From Chiloscyllium plagiosum (Eukaryota): a stretch of DNA of 64,000 nucleotides. Position 1 is the first letter of the stretch. Each line of letters starts with the position of its first letter. Under the pieces are notes generated by a model. The model saw nothing but the letters and a program-made list of their open reading frames with translations. It ran no database searches and was not told the DNA's origin. Position numbers and translations under genes: made by a program. Location of the stretch: contig NC_057719.1 in assembly GCF_004010195.1 (NCBI RefSeq), positions 52,286,263 to 52,350,262 on the forward strand, read 5' to 3'. Shown here piece after piece: positions 11,640-24,103 of the stretch.

Positions 11640-14600
11640 CGAGGCAAATTTTACATAGAACAAACATTACTTGTCCGAAAGGTGACATGAAACTTGGCAA
11701 GGAAGAAGCATCATGCCTAATTGACACAAGAGTTAGGACATCAACCATTACTCATTGGTTTTACCATGAGGCAGCTCTCTTAGGTGTAAAGCTAATTGAT
11801 GTCTCTTCTCTCATCTTTACATCTACCTTTCAGATGTTGGGCATCCCCTGTTATGGCTACATTGAGCTCTACCGATCTGTGTTTAATCACACCTTTTATT
11901 GCCTCAGCTTGGTGGAAGTTCAGGACCTGATTAATGAAAGCAATGAAGTTAGGAGTACCCTTAGTTTTGGGGATGAGTGTACTGAGAGATATCTGGGTAT
12001 CGTTGGAAAGCATGTATAGTGACAACCATGAACAGCAGAATACAACATCAGCTTATGGGACCAGAAATTTTTGACTTTTTCTCCATGCACTCAAGGTGTA
12101 AGACCCTGTATGTATCTAGAGCTGTTAGAGTGCTCGGTCATCAGGCAGTATTACCTGCCTGCACCATCACTGTTCTTGAAGGCTCATGGGTATTCTGATC
12201 TGCTAATTCACAGGGTTATGACTAAAAATGACAATCTGTAAAAATTCCTTACCCCGTCATTTAGATGAAGTCTGACTCTATCTGCAAAAGTCTTTGGTGC
12301 AGGGTATCATCCATGAGTCAGCAAGACCATATCTGCCCCCAAAGTCCTGGGGAGGAAGAACAATGGAAAACTGAGATTCTACGTCAATTATTGGGCACTC
12401 GATGCAAAGACTTATAAGGATCTTAATCTTTACTTAAGAACAAGGAAGCATTGGAAGTTCTCAAAGGTGCATTGTTTTTCTGCAGTCTTAATCTTAAACA
12501 CAGCTATAACTAGCTCCCTACTATAGAACAAGACATTGAAAGCATTAGTGTACGAATAGGGACCTGAGGACTTTTTGAGTAAACAAGAATGTCATTTTGG
12601 CTTTGTAATACTCCAATCTTTTTCATGTGTATGATGTATAAAACTTTTGGTGACCTTAGTTTCCATTCCCTCCTCATGTCATTGAACAATATACTCATCT
12701 GGCTCAACATTCGAGGAGACCTTTCCATGATTAGACACTGTCTTGCCCAGCTGTTACAGTTTAATTTGAAAGTCAAACTAGAGAAGGGCCAACTTGCCTG
12801 GGCAAGAGTACAGCAACTTCATTTGCAGGGATTTACTCGTGACAGTGAGAAAATCCAATGGTAGATGAGTGGTCCCAGCTTAATATAGGCAGGGAACTGT
12901 GTGGGTACCTTCGTCTTGTAGATTGCTAGAGCAGGCCTGTGCGAAGCTATATGCAGTTGGCAGCTCCGCTCCCAGATTTACTGAGGAAATCAGGGAATGT
13001 TCCAGGAGAGAATAGGAAAGAATGTATGAGGCATGATCCTTCACAGAACATCACAGGAAATTGGACCCCAGCTGATGAAAATTCTTTTTGCATCCTCAGC
13101 TAGCAGCTTGTCCTTGGCTATCTATATTTTCAAATCCCTCTTATAGTGGAAACTGATGGGTATTTCCTTGGCCCAGGAGTATTGCTGCACAGAAGGTTCA
13201 AGGACAGGAAACGGTAGTTAATATTTCTGCCAGTCAGATTTCCAAGCTAAATGCAAGGAGTATGAAGATTTATTACAGTATGGATCTTGAGTTTCCATCT
13301 TTGAGAGGCTGGCTATTTCTCTGATGCTTAGAGACATTCTGGTCAATGCAGAGTTTGATATGTTTACAGATAACAAAGCTAATTCAAAACATCCACTAAG
13401 CTGGGAGCAACTAAATGAGCTGCTGAACTTGCATCACTTTGTTTCCAAATCTGGTACAGGTCAGGCAAAAGTAAGATGAATGCCCAGGGTCAAAAGACAA
13501 ACCAGTGGAGGGACCCACACTTACCCAGCTGAAGGGGACTGTAGCGGACACAATGCCCAGACACTAAGTTGAAGGCAGCATGCCAAAGCCCCAATTCCCT
13601 ACAATGCTTGGACTATGATTCAGCGGAGCATCACTGAATCACTTGTGAGTGAGAATCAATCCAGGTCCAGAGAGGTAAAGCCAGACGGGGTTTTACTCTT
13701 GCCATCATGTTCAACAGAAGACCTCAGACAATTTCATCTGATTGACATAGACATCAATAAACAGCTCAATGATTGGAAGACCCGACATCCTCCAAACCAG
13801 TGCCACTACTGAGGAGTCCAAAAGTTCACAGAAAATGTTGAGGTGCTGGAAGAGGATCCAGGAGGAGGAGGGAATCCTTTACTGGCTACTTCATGACAAG
13901 GAGAGAGATGGGTGAAGCAACTCATGCTTCCTGAGAACGTTGAGTGTCACGTGTTGTAGCACTTAATGATCAAACAGGACACCACAAGACACAAACAACA
14001 ATTGCTCTGACCAGAGAGTGTATTACTGACCTGGGATGGCTGCTGATATTGATGACAAATGTTAAAGTTGTGAAATGTCTACTTTAGCCAAAGTAGGTAA
14101 GTGACTTCAACCCAGCATAGGATCCCTGGTCACCAAATGACCCCTGCTGGTCCTTGCAATGGTTTTTCTTTAGTCCTTGAGTCCGTTAGTAACAGGACTG
14201 GACAGGCTCTTGTACTTATGGATGTCTTCAACAGGTTCATGTGGCGATTTACACTCATGATCAAAAAGCTTCAACTATAGCCTGGGCATCACTGCATGGT
14301 TGATTTGTCTAGTTCAGTGGTCCATGTCAGATTCACAGTGATCAGGGATGTACCTTTGAGAGCAGGATCCTACAGGAGATTTGGAAGGTCTGTGGCATTG
14401 CCAAGAGCTGTACCATTCCCTATCATCCCAAGGGTATTGGACAGTGTGATAGATTCAACCATTCTCTGTTTGACCTTCTGGGACATTCTGCCTCCTGACA
14501 TCTGAGTACCTTCTGGAGCTGGTTTATGATTATGTTCGCATTGTACAGTCAACCACAGGCTTTTCTCAATATGATCCCTTCTTTGGTTAAGACTCAATCC

Positions 14601-14860
14601 TTCCTGTCGATCAGCTCCTTGAGTTCACCACATCCTTCTGATGGGGATGTCTAGGTCAATGAATGGATGGTCAAGTGGCATACATGACCAAGGCAGGCAT
14701 TCAAGATGGCATCCAAGAGTACTGAGAGACAGGTGCGAGAAGAAAAACATTGATCAATCACAAGGCTAACAGGACTAGCCTTCCAGCTGGTGCAAGGATA
14801 TTCCTCTGAAATTGCAATATCAAGGTTCAGAAAAAGGATACAGGGTGTGTGCAACACTGA
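11640..14860 (+). mobile_element. Decayed Ty3/Gypsy pol (protease-RT-RNaseH-integrase)
   Basis: CLIDTRVRTSTIT (DTG protease); KNNGKLRFYVNYWALDAKT and MSFWLCNTP..FGDLSFHSLLMSLNNILI (RT, YxDD degenerate); PLIVETDG (RNase H); IHSDQGCTFESRILQE..CGIAKSCTIPYHPKGIGQCDRFN (integrase); many stops and frameshifts; Gypsy domain order. Confidence 0.88.
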
Positions 14861-15744
14861 ACTGTCATAGAATGATCAAGTGGCTGGGCACAGGCAGCCA
14901 GACCCATGTTGTTGAACCTCTGGCTGTTTGGCAGCTTCGCAATAAAGGGTCACGGAGGGGAAATGCTTGAGGCCAGAAGTCTGGTGGGTGATGTGGAAGT
15001 AAGCAGCTTACTCAGTGGTATAGTGGAACTTAAAGTATTGGTGCATGTTGGTTCAAATGAAGTCAAGCCGGATAGCGAAGTGGAATCGTAGAATGAACTG
15101 TGTGTTGTGAATCCAGGGAGTCCATCTCGCCCTGGAAAATGGCATAGTATGGACCTGTGAGAACGCAGTGACTGAAGCAACAAGTACTTTTAGAGACCTG
15201 ACCGACTCTTTTGGGAATGATCTGCCACACAGTCTGGATTCCTTGGAAAGTACCAGTACAGATAATCTTCAAGAAACGTTGGACTTTACCACAACACTTT
15301 CCAATTCCCCTGGTCAGTGATGCAAGAGAGAATGTTGCCACTAATGTAGGAGTGAGCATTCTAGCCAACATGGCACAATTGAAACTGCTAATCATACAAC
15401 TGGTTAGCAAAATTCAATTTGTGCTATGTGTAGTTGCTGGGATGGAAAGTTTTAAATAGAATTGTGTGTCGCAGAATCTCCAGCAGCAGGTAGCGATGTT
15501 GAGGAAGGAAAGCTGGAGCCATCAAATGAATCCTTTCTGGAAGACAAGTGTATTTTTGGGGAAGAAGGACTCATGGACTGAAGAAACAGAGAGAGGAGAG
15601 GATTCCTCAACTTGCGGAAGTCACAGGCTTCATTCTATGCAAATACTGTAAATACTTCCTTTTCTAACCTTAATTGTCCATTGTATTTGTCATGATTTGA
15701 TGCCAGTGACATGGAGAACTCTGCTTCAAAGTCTTTGGGCAGCT

Positions 15745-15900
15745 TACCATAGATCTGCTTGCTCTCGTACTTGAGTTTCCATGCTAGGCTTTCTGTATTG
15801 TCCTAGTGACACCAAACACAAGCTAGAAAAGCAAATCTCATTTTCTGCTTAGGCATTTTACCGTGTACTGGATTCAATATTGATTTCAATAACTTCAAAC
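15745..15900 (+). mobile_element. Old PLE remnant (C-terminus of the GIY-YIG region)
   Basis: caagctagaaaagcaaatctcattttctgcttaggc..ggattcaatattgatttcaataacttc resembles KLEEQHLIF.LG...G.NIDFNNF. Confidence 0.5.
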
Positions 15901-16208
15901 CAGAGGCTCCCTGATATTTTTATTTATTTTTCCTCAAGATGTTAATATCTGATCATCATTTTTTTTGCATCCAGTCAGAGCTGACCTACATAGTAATATT
16001 AACATCAGACGATGTTTTGTAGTTTCTGTATCTATTATCTCCCACTTTGCCTTTTGTTTTGTGATAGCTTTGATCTCTGTCTCTCATGTCTTCTAATATT
16101 TCTGGAATATTTCCTTTAATGTGGATTGAAGAGTGAGGCTTTAGCTCAGGTGTCTTTGACAAGGCGGTTGAGTGAAGTGATTACGCCACAGTTGAAGAGG
16201 GTGAAGAC

Positions 16209-17125
16209 ATGACTGCCAAGCTGGTTCAGTGTGCTATTTGCTTGATGTGGGAGGTCAACGACTCTGGTGTGTCTGGCTCGTATAAGTGTGGAAAGTGTGT
16301 GCACGTTCAGCTACTGACAGAGCATATTGCAGCACTGATGAAAGAACTCAAGGAGCTTAGGCTCATCCGAGAGAACGAGATCTTTCTGGACAAGACCTTC
16401 AGCGAGGTTATTGCACCGACCATACCAGAAGAGAGCAGAAGAGAGCAGACCATGAGGAAGGCAGAGAGGAGACAGGTGCAAGAGACCCCGGGGGAAGTAC
16501 CTGTCAGGAACAAGTTGAATCTTTTGGAAACAGTAGAGACAGATGACACTGCCAGTCCGCGAGGCGGCCAGGTCTGTCGATCAAATGTTGGCGTGGAGGC
16601 AGAGCGGAAGAGTCAGACATTGCACAGAGCCGTGGTAATAGGGGACTCCATAGTGAGAGGAACTGACTGGAGTTTTTGTTGGAGCAGGCTGGACTTAAGG
16701 ATGGTGTGTTGCCTTCCTGGTGCCAGGGTTAAAGACATCACAGACAGAGTGCAGGAAATCCTCAAGGACAAAGGTGAAGAGCCAGAGGTGGTGGTACATG
16801 TCGGCACAAATGATGTCGGGAAGAAGAGGAGGAACATACTACAGCGGGATTTCGGAGAAGGCTGAAAAGCAGGGCGTCCAGGGTGGTTATCTCCGGTTTG
16901 CTTCCAGTTCCTTGGGCTAGTGAGGCCAGAAACAGGGAGATAATGGACTTGAACGTGTGGCTGGGGAACTGGTGCAGGAAGCAAGGATTTAAATTCTTGG
17001 ATCACTGGGGTATGTTTTGTGGTAAGCATAAATTATACAAGAGAGACGGTTTGCACCTTAATAGGTTGGGGACCAGCATTCTGGCAGGCAGGTTTGCTAC
17101 TGCAACACAGCTACGTTTAAATTAA
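16209..17125 (+). pseudogene. CR1 ORF1 (Cys zinc finger/coiled coil + SGNH esterase), one frameshift near 16858
   Basis: CAIC..CGKC plus leucine-rich helix; VVIGDSIVRG, CLPGARV, VHVGTND, then (shifted frame 16883..17125) VISGLLPVP..RDGLHLN = SGNH blocks. Confidence 0.9.
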
Positions 17126-17334
17126 GTAGCGGAGGGGAGGGGACAAACTGAATGTTTAGGAAGGAAATTGAAGGGAAAGTTAGAACAAGGGAAGTCAAGA
17201 AAGACAACTGTATCAATGAAGCAGAAAACTCAAAAAGGGATCATGCTGTAAGGTTGAGTGAAATAGGAGTTGATGGGAAGGGTGAGGGCAATAACAAATT
17301 AAAAATACTATATATGAATGCACGAAGCATTAGA

Positions 17335-17427
17335 NNNNNNNNNNNNNNNNNNNNNNNNNNNNNNNNNNNNNNNNNNNNNNNNNNNNNNNNNNNNNNNNNN
17401 NNNNNNNNNNNNNNNNNNNNNNNNNNN
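17335..17427. other. Assembly gap
   Basis: Run of N. Confidence 1.
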
Positions 17428-18377
17428 GGGGATTTCAACATGCAGGTAGACTGGGAGAATCAGGATGGTATTGGACCTCAAGAAAGAGACTTTGTGGAGT
17501 GCCTCCGAGATGGATTCTTAGAACAGCTGGTGCTGGAGCTGACCAGGGAGAAGGCAATTCTGGATCTGGTATTGTGCAATGAACCAGAATTGATCAGGGA
17601 CCTTGAAGTGAAGGAGCCATTAGGAAGTAGTGACCATAATACAATAAGTTTCAATCTGCAATTTGAGATGGAGAGGGTACAATCGGAAGTGACAATAGTT
17701 CTGTTGAATAAAGGGTATTATGGAGCTATGAGAGAGGAGCTGGCCAAAGTTCAATGGTGCAATACCTTAGCAGGGATGACAGTGGAGGAACAATGGCAGA
17801 TATTTCTGTGTATAATGCAGAAGATGCAGGATCAGTTCATTCCAAAAAGGAAGAAATATCCTAGGAGGAGGCAGGGGTGGCCGTGGCTGATGAGGGAAGT
17901 TAAGAAATATATAAAGTTAAAAGAGAAAAAGTATAGCATAGCAAAGATAAGTGGGAAAACGGAGGACTGGGAAGCTTTTAAAGAACAACAGAGGATTACT
18001 AAGAAGAAAATACACAGAGAAAAAATTAGGTATGAAGGTAAACCGGCCAAAAATATAAAGGAGGATAGTAAAAACCATTTTATGTATGTGAAAGGCAAAA
18101 AAAATGGTTAAGACTAAAATTGGGCCCTTGAAGACAGAAACAGGGGAATATATTATGGGGAACAAAGAAATGGCAGAAGAACTGAATTGGTACTTCAGAT
18201 CTGTGTTCACTGGGGAAGACACAAGCAATCTCCCTGAGGTAACAGTGGCTGAAGGACCTGAACTGAAGGGAATTTATATTTGCCAGGAATTAGTGTTGGA
18301 GAGACTGTTAGGTCTGAAGGTTGATAAGTCCCCGGGGCCTGTTGGTCTACATCCCAGGGTGCAACACTGTTGTTTTT

Positions 18378-18530
18378 TAGATTAGATTACATTACATTAC
18401 ATTACAGCGTGGAAATAGGCCCTTCGGCCCAACAAGTCCACACCGACCCGCCGAAGTGCAACCCACTCATGCCTCTACATTTACCTCTTACCTAACACTA
18501 CGGGCAATTTAGCATGGCCAATTCACCTGG
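18378..18530 (-). mobile_element. HE1-like SINE 3' half
   Basis: gattagattac tail and ggcccttcggcccaacaagtccacacc..caatttagcatggccaattcacc. Confidence 0.88.
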
Positions 18531-18559
18531 TAATTGAAGCAGTCAATGCTCAACCTTGA

Positions 18560-19480
18560 AAAAAAAAATCATTCCTTGACTTTATGATAATAGTAGGGTG
18601 AGGAATATTCCAGACAATGAGATTTGCAGATTCTGGATTGAATGTAGTTCTACTGCTGCTGATAGTTCACAATATCTTGTGGGTGTCCATTTCTAAGCTG
18701 CCAGATCATTTCTTTGGTATGGTAATAGTATCACACAACACAACAATATGTGTGTTCAGTCTAAAGCTGGGACTTGGTCTGTATAGAGATTGTGTGGTCA
18801 CTCCTACCGATGCTGTTATGGACAGATAGATAAGTGACTGGCGGATTGGTGAGGACAAGGTTGAGTAGGACTTTATGTTGCTTCTCACCATTTGGTGCAG
18901 ATTCACTATAGTAGCATACAGCTACTATACATTTCAGGATTCAACCAGCTCAGTGTGTGACAGTATGATGAAGCCACTCTTGGTGATAAACACTGAAGTC
19001 AATCTCCCAGAGTAATTTCTGTGCCTTTGCAACTCTCTGCTTCTTTGAAGGGCTGTTCAACATGGAGGAGTATGGATCATCAATTAAGGGTGGGTGATAG
19101 CTGGTAACCAGAAGGATTGATCTTTTGCCTATTTTTGGTCCAGTGTCATGAGCCGTCATAAGGCTCAAGTCAATATTAAGGACTTCCAAACCAACTTCCT
19201 CTTGATTTGTACACCATAATTCACCACCTCTGGTATATCTATTGGACAGGATACACGTTGCAATGGTGATGGAGGATCTTGGGAGGTTGGTTTGAAGGGA
19301 TGATTCTTGAAAATATGATTATGTAATGCTTAACCACAGTATGGCATACTTTCCTAACTTTTACATAAGTTACTAGGTGTTAATGAGGAGGACTTTCCAG
19401 GGTCAGTTGGCCAGTGTGTGTCTTTATCATATCCACTTCCTAAGTTGATGCCCAAAGGTGCATCTGGTTTTATTGTTTCT
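18560..19480 (-). mobile_element. Old CR1/L2-group LINE endonuclease fragment
   Basis: ORF 18950..19189 LLVTSYHPP..AKAQKLLWEIDFSVYHQEWL, like the Y.PP and GDFN.HH.EW APE motifs. Confidence 0.65.
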
Positions 19481-20549
19481 TGTGGCACTTTGGTGCAATA
19501 CCTGTTGGGCATTTAAGAGAAGAGTTAAGAATTAACCACATTATTATGAATCTGGAGTTACATTTAGATCTGACAGAATAACAACAGTGGATTCTTTTTT
19601 GACAATGGTGTGGTAAGTTCATGTTCACTATTGCTAGCTTTTTTATTCCTTATTTATTTAGTTAACTAAATTTCAATCTTCCTGGTGCCATGCTGAGATT
19701 TGAATTCATGATTTCCTTTATGGCACCCGATTTGTTCTCTATTTTACTGGCATTTCACTGATATCTCCAATGCTGCTTTCCTCCCTTTCAATAATCAGCT
19801 CCTCAGCTTTATTTTGGTGATCTGCCTCCTAAGTTTCTCATTCATCTCCTAGATCCAAAGAACACTTGTTTGCTCACAAGTTTCTCAACTGTGTGTGAAT
19901 GATCCCTAGATCTTAAAGCTATCTCCAATTTTGCCAGATGTTAAAACCCCTTTCCACACTCTGTCCAAAGCCAAGAATTCCTTTTCCTTGAGATGTTAAT
20001 CTTTCCTCTCTGATATAAATCTAAAGCTTTTCTCAAATAATTGGCCTCTCAAAAATAATGCTAAGAACAATTTAAGTTAATATTACAATATTATCAGATC
20101 TGAAACATACTGTACTGCCATAGCAATAGGCTTCTCACTTGTCAATGCTGATAAATTAATGACTCTGGTTACTTTATTTGACACAAGACCCCCTTGTTAT
20201 CCTCTCATTTACATTGAACAATATTTGTAACACAGAAACGTTGTCAGTCTTTTCTGTACAGATGCTTAAACAACGAAAATGTCTGACCAGTGAGAAGCAG
20301 GAGCCCTCCTGATAGCATTGCTATCGTTATTAATAGCCTGCCTTGGAGTCCTGCTGCAGCAAGTGAGGTTTCATTATATGAGTTGTGAGTGTCTAGCATG
20401 ATATGTATAATTCCTTATACATATCTTTCAGACTTAGTAGCAGAGTTAAATTTGTTTCAAATAAACTTGTCATGATTGGTATGCAGTATTGCTTAATTTG
20501 TTTAGTAACTTAAGTACTATTATAATTTTCTGCAAATTTCACCTTTGGG

Positions 20550-21110
20550 TGAAAAGATTTCTCCTCAACTCCTCTTTAATCACTCAAACAAGTATTTTTA
20601 ATCTGTGCCTCTGGTTATTGACTGCTCTGCTGAAGGGAATAGGTTATGTATTTAGGCCCCTCAAATTTATACACCTCAATTAAAACTCCAAGTTGTCTCT
20701 TCTGTTCCAAAGAAAATAACGCTAGTCTATTCAATTTTTCCTAATTGCTAAAATTCTCCATTGCTTCTAACGTTTGTAAATGTTTACTGTCCCCTCTTTA
20801 GTATGAATGCATCCTTGTAATACAGAGATTAGAGATGTACGCAATATTCCAGCTACAATCAAACAACAGTTCTAGCATAACTTCCCTGGTTTTATTCTGT
20901 AGGTCTTGCTAAGAAAGGAAGGTATCCTGTATGACTTCTTGGCCAGCTTACCTACCTATCCTATGACATTCAGATATTCTAAGTTCCCTCGCTTTCTTTG
21001 AACTTCTTTCAATCATATCGTTTATTCCCTTTCCTTATTTGTCTTCTCCAAATTCATTAATCCTCCAGATTGAATTCCATTTGCCAGTTTCTGTCCATTG
21101 ATGATATCTT
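20550..21110 (-). mobile_element. Old CR1 3' fragment
   Basis: tttaatctgtgcctctgg, gtacgcaatattccagct and ttgaattccatttgccag are degenerate reverse CR1 RT 3' motifs. Confidence 0.55.
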
Positions 21111-21424
21111 CTGTTCTGATGATATCTTCATGAAATGCAGTTATATGCTGAGTGGCATTGTGTAATATGGTTGGATACGTGTTCACTGTTGTTATTGTTG
21201 ATATTGATCATGTTGGTGCAAAAAAAAGAAAAACCTTAAGTTACAGTGTAAATGCAATTGAGAGTAAGCAGCAACCTGAAGTGATATGCTTTATAATAAA
21301 CCATTCTAAGGTGCTGCACAGGAGCCAAATAAGCTAATTTTAGGGCTGATGACCAAAAACTTTATGAAAGAGATGCACTTTGTGGAGTGCCTTAAAGGAG
21401 TAAAATCAGGTCAGACAATGCATT

Positions 21425-22095
21425 TTAGGCATGAGGTCTTGTTTTGAGTCTTTCTGTATCTTAATCTGGAGTCGAACGGGTTTTATTTCCAAAGTAGGAA
21501 TCTATAGAATGCTGCATTGACTGATTGTCTACAGGTCGTGTGCTTTTTGTACAAGGTGGAGTGTATCTGCAAATGCAAATTTCTCATATGCACACTCTCT
21601 CACACGCATACACTCTCTCAAGTACACACACACACACGTGATTTCACTCTCTCACGCAAACATACATTGTCTCTCTGTCCTTCCCTACCTCCCTCCCTCA
21701 CTCACATACACACGCGTACAAACTATGGGGTAAATTTGCATTTGCAGACACATTCTGTTTTGTTCAGAAAGCACACGATTTGTAGACAGTCAGTCGGCGT
21801 GCTTTGTAGGTTCCTACTTTGTAAATGGGGCCAGTTTGGCTCCAGGTTAGGAGACGGACAGGCTCGAGACAAGACCTCACGCCTAAAATGCATTGTCTGA
21901 CCTGAGATGCCACCTCTTTTATACTGACAAAACCTAAGTTATTCTGGGGCAGCGACTTGAAAGAAATTCGGGGATTTGCAAATAATTAATCAAAACCTGT
22001 ATCTCCATTCTAACTGATTAAAGATTTAACAGGCAGCTTAGGTGTGTTCAAATAAACCTGTTGGACTATAACTTGGTGTTGTGTGATTTTTGACA
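21425..22095. mobile_element. PLE-derived foldback element with CA/CT-rich loop
   Basis: Arms ~21430-21590 and ~21722-21890 are inverted (tctgcaaatgcaaatt / aatttgcatttgcaga); ends with the pLTR terminus aataaacctgttggactataac seen at 54052 and 56304. Confidence 0.7.
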
Positions 22096-22105
22096 TTATA
22101 GAGGG

Positions 22106-22900
22106 TGTAATAGCACCTTCATGTGACCATTTGGATATTCATGTATATAAGCAAGGCAGAATAAACCAGTTTCAGTTCATATATTAGAACTCCAAGCACA
22201 AGCAGCAGTCTTTCCTGTCCTGGAAAGGTATTGAAGCCCAACATTGAATAGAGTTGTGAGTTCTTGAGCTGAACAAATTTGGTTGGAAAATCTTTCAGCA
22301 AACAAGCAGAGGAACTGTAAGGTACTGATTTGCTTAGAAATCTGGATACACTTGCTGTGTGCTTTGGTTGACAAAATGCAAAAATGGCTGCATCAAAATG
22401 TATTATTGGGCATTCTTGACTTAGAGTCTTTTGATGCATATTTAGAGCAGCTTCAGATATTATTCACTGCTAAATCTCTTTGTGAAGATCCTGATAATCG
22501 GGCTGTGAATCAAGCAGTGTGACAAAGGAAAAATGTGATCTTTTTTGACAGAAAGCAGAACTTAAAGTGTATGAAGTGCCCAAGTATTTTTTCACTCCTC
22601 ATAAGCCAAAAAACAATGTGACTGTCAGAACTTTTGTATCAGCTTGTCCAACACTCAAATTTCCAGCTGTCAGGGCGAGTTAAACTCTTATTTTGGATCA
22701 AGAGACGGTTTTGCCCATTGAGGACATAGGAGAGTTTCTTTTGGTTTTGAAAAGGTGTGGATTCATTGTGAGTTTGGAGATTTCCAAGCGCGATAAGAAC
22801 AGGATAGATTTGTGTTCATTGATATAGTCAAAGTTGACTTCAGTATAGTTTGCCAAATAGCATTATCTATGGACATGACAAAGTGTGACTCAAGAGAAAC
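22106..22900 (+). mobile_element. Decayed Gypsy element: putative short 5' LTR (22106-22243) + gag
   Basis: TGTAATAG..AATAAA..CCCAACA; ESFDAYLEQLQILFTAKS..DNRAVNQAV resembles a gag N-terminus; zinc-knuckle-like CKKK.HLAKAC near 23370-23402. Confidence 0.6.
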
Positions 22901-22929
22901 AGGCAGTTATCAGCAGTTTTTCTTCATTC

Positions 22930-23290
22930 TGCTCATGGAATATTGGGTTCTGACTAGGCCAGCATTTATTTCCCCTCTCTAATTGCCCTCTCTCAGTTAC
23001 GGATCAACCACATTGTTGTGGGTCTGGAGACATGTGTACACCAGATCGAATAAGGACAGCAGATTTCTTTACCTTAAGCAACTTAGTGAATCAGATTGGG
23101 TTTTATGACCATGTTTAATCATCAATGGTTATACAGTCACTATCAGACCAGCTTTTTAATTCCAGATTTTTATTGAATTCAAATTTCACTGTTTGCCATA
23201 ATGGGATTCAAACCTTGTCACCAGAGTATTGACTGTGCCTCTGGATTACTAGCTCCGTGACAATACCAGAAGGCCATTGCCTTCCCACAC
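22930..23290 (-). mobile_element. Second SINE family copy
   Basis: Reverse complement of the 58460-58830 family (ccacattg..gtgggtctggag..cagatttc..attccagattt..gaattcaaatttc..tctggattactag). Confidence 0.7.
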
Positions 23291-23479
23291 TGGTACGACA
23301 ATATCTTGTTAGTGGTACTTAGATTAACATGAAAATAGAAGTACCTATTTGGAAGGCAGATTTCCAAAACTGCAAAAAAAAAACCACCTTGCTAAAGCAT
23401 GTCAAAAAAATGTAAACAAAGAACAACTCGAGGAAATTGGAGGCACTTGCTCTTGTTGTTGAACAACATCAATGTTGTC

Positions 23480-24103
23480 ATTTATCTTAAGAGGGTTGGA
23501 ATATAAAAGCACCGTTGTGCTACTGAGACTTTATAAAGCTATGGTTAGACCCCATTTGGAGTACTGTGTCCAGTTTTGGTCCCCACACCTCAGGAAGGAC
23601 ATACTGGCACTGGAGCATGTCCAACGGTGATTCACATGGAATGGTATGTCTAACATGCAAGGAATGGCTAAGAATCCTGGGATTGTATTCATTGGAGTTT
23701 AGAAGATTAAAGGGAGATCTAACAGAAACTTACAAGATAATACATGGCTTGGAAAGGGTGGACGCTAGGAAATTGTTTTTGTTAGATGAGGAGACTAGGA
23801 CCCGTGGACACAGCCTTAGAATTAGAGGGGGTAAATTCAGAACAGAAATGCGGAGACATTTCTTCAGCCAGAGAGTGGTGGGCCTGTGGAATTCATTGCC
23901 GCTGAGTGCAGTGGAGGCTGGGACGCTAAATGTCTTCAAGGCAGAGACTGATAAATTCTTGATGTCACAAGGAATTAAGGGCTACGGGGAGAATGCAGGT
24001 AAGTGGAGTTGAAATGCCCATCAGCCATGATTGAATGGTGGAGTGGACTCGATGGGCCGAATGGCCTTACTTCCACTGCTATGTCTTATGATCTTATGGT
24101 CTT
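23480..24103 (+). mobile_element. CR1 3' fragment with cttatg microsatellite tail
   Basis: [24 protein letters not shown] 23566..24012; tail atgtcttatgatcttatggtctt. Confidence 0.93.

Larger units (their letters stand above)
16120..18360 (+). mobile_element. Young CR1 LINE, 5' half (5' UTR, ORF1, endonuclease part of ORF2)
   Basis: ORF1 at 16209; LYMNARSIR, GDFN, ILDLVL, GSSDHN APE motifs; ends abruptly at ..KSPGPVGLHPRV. Confidence 0.95.
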
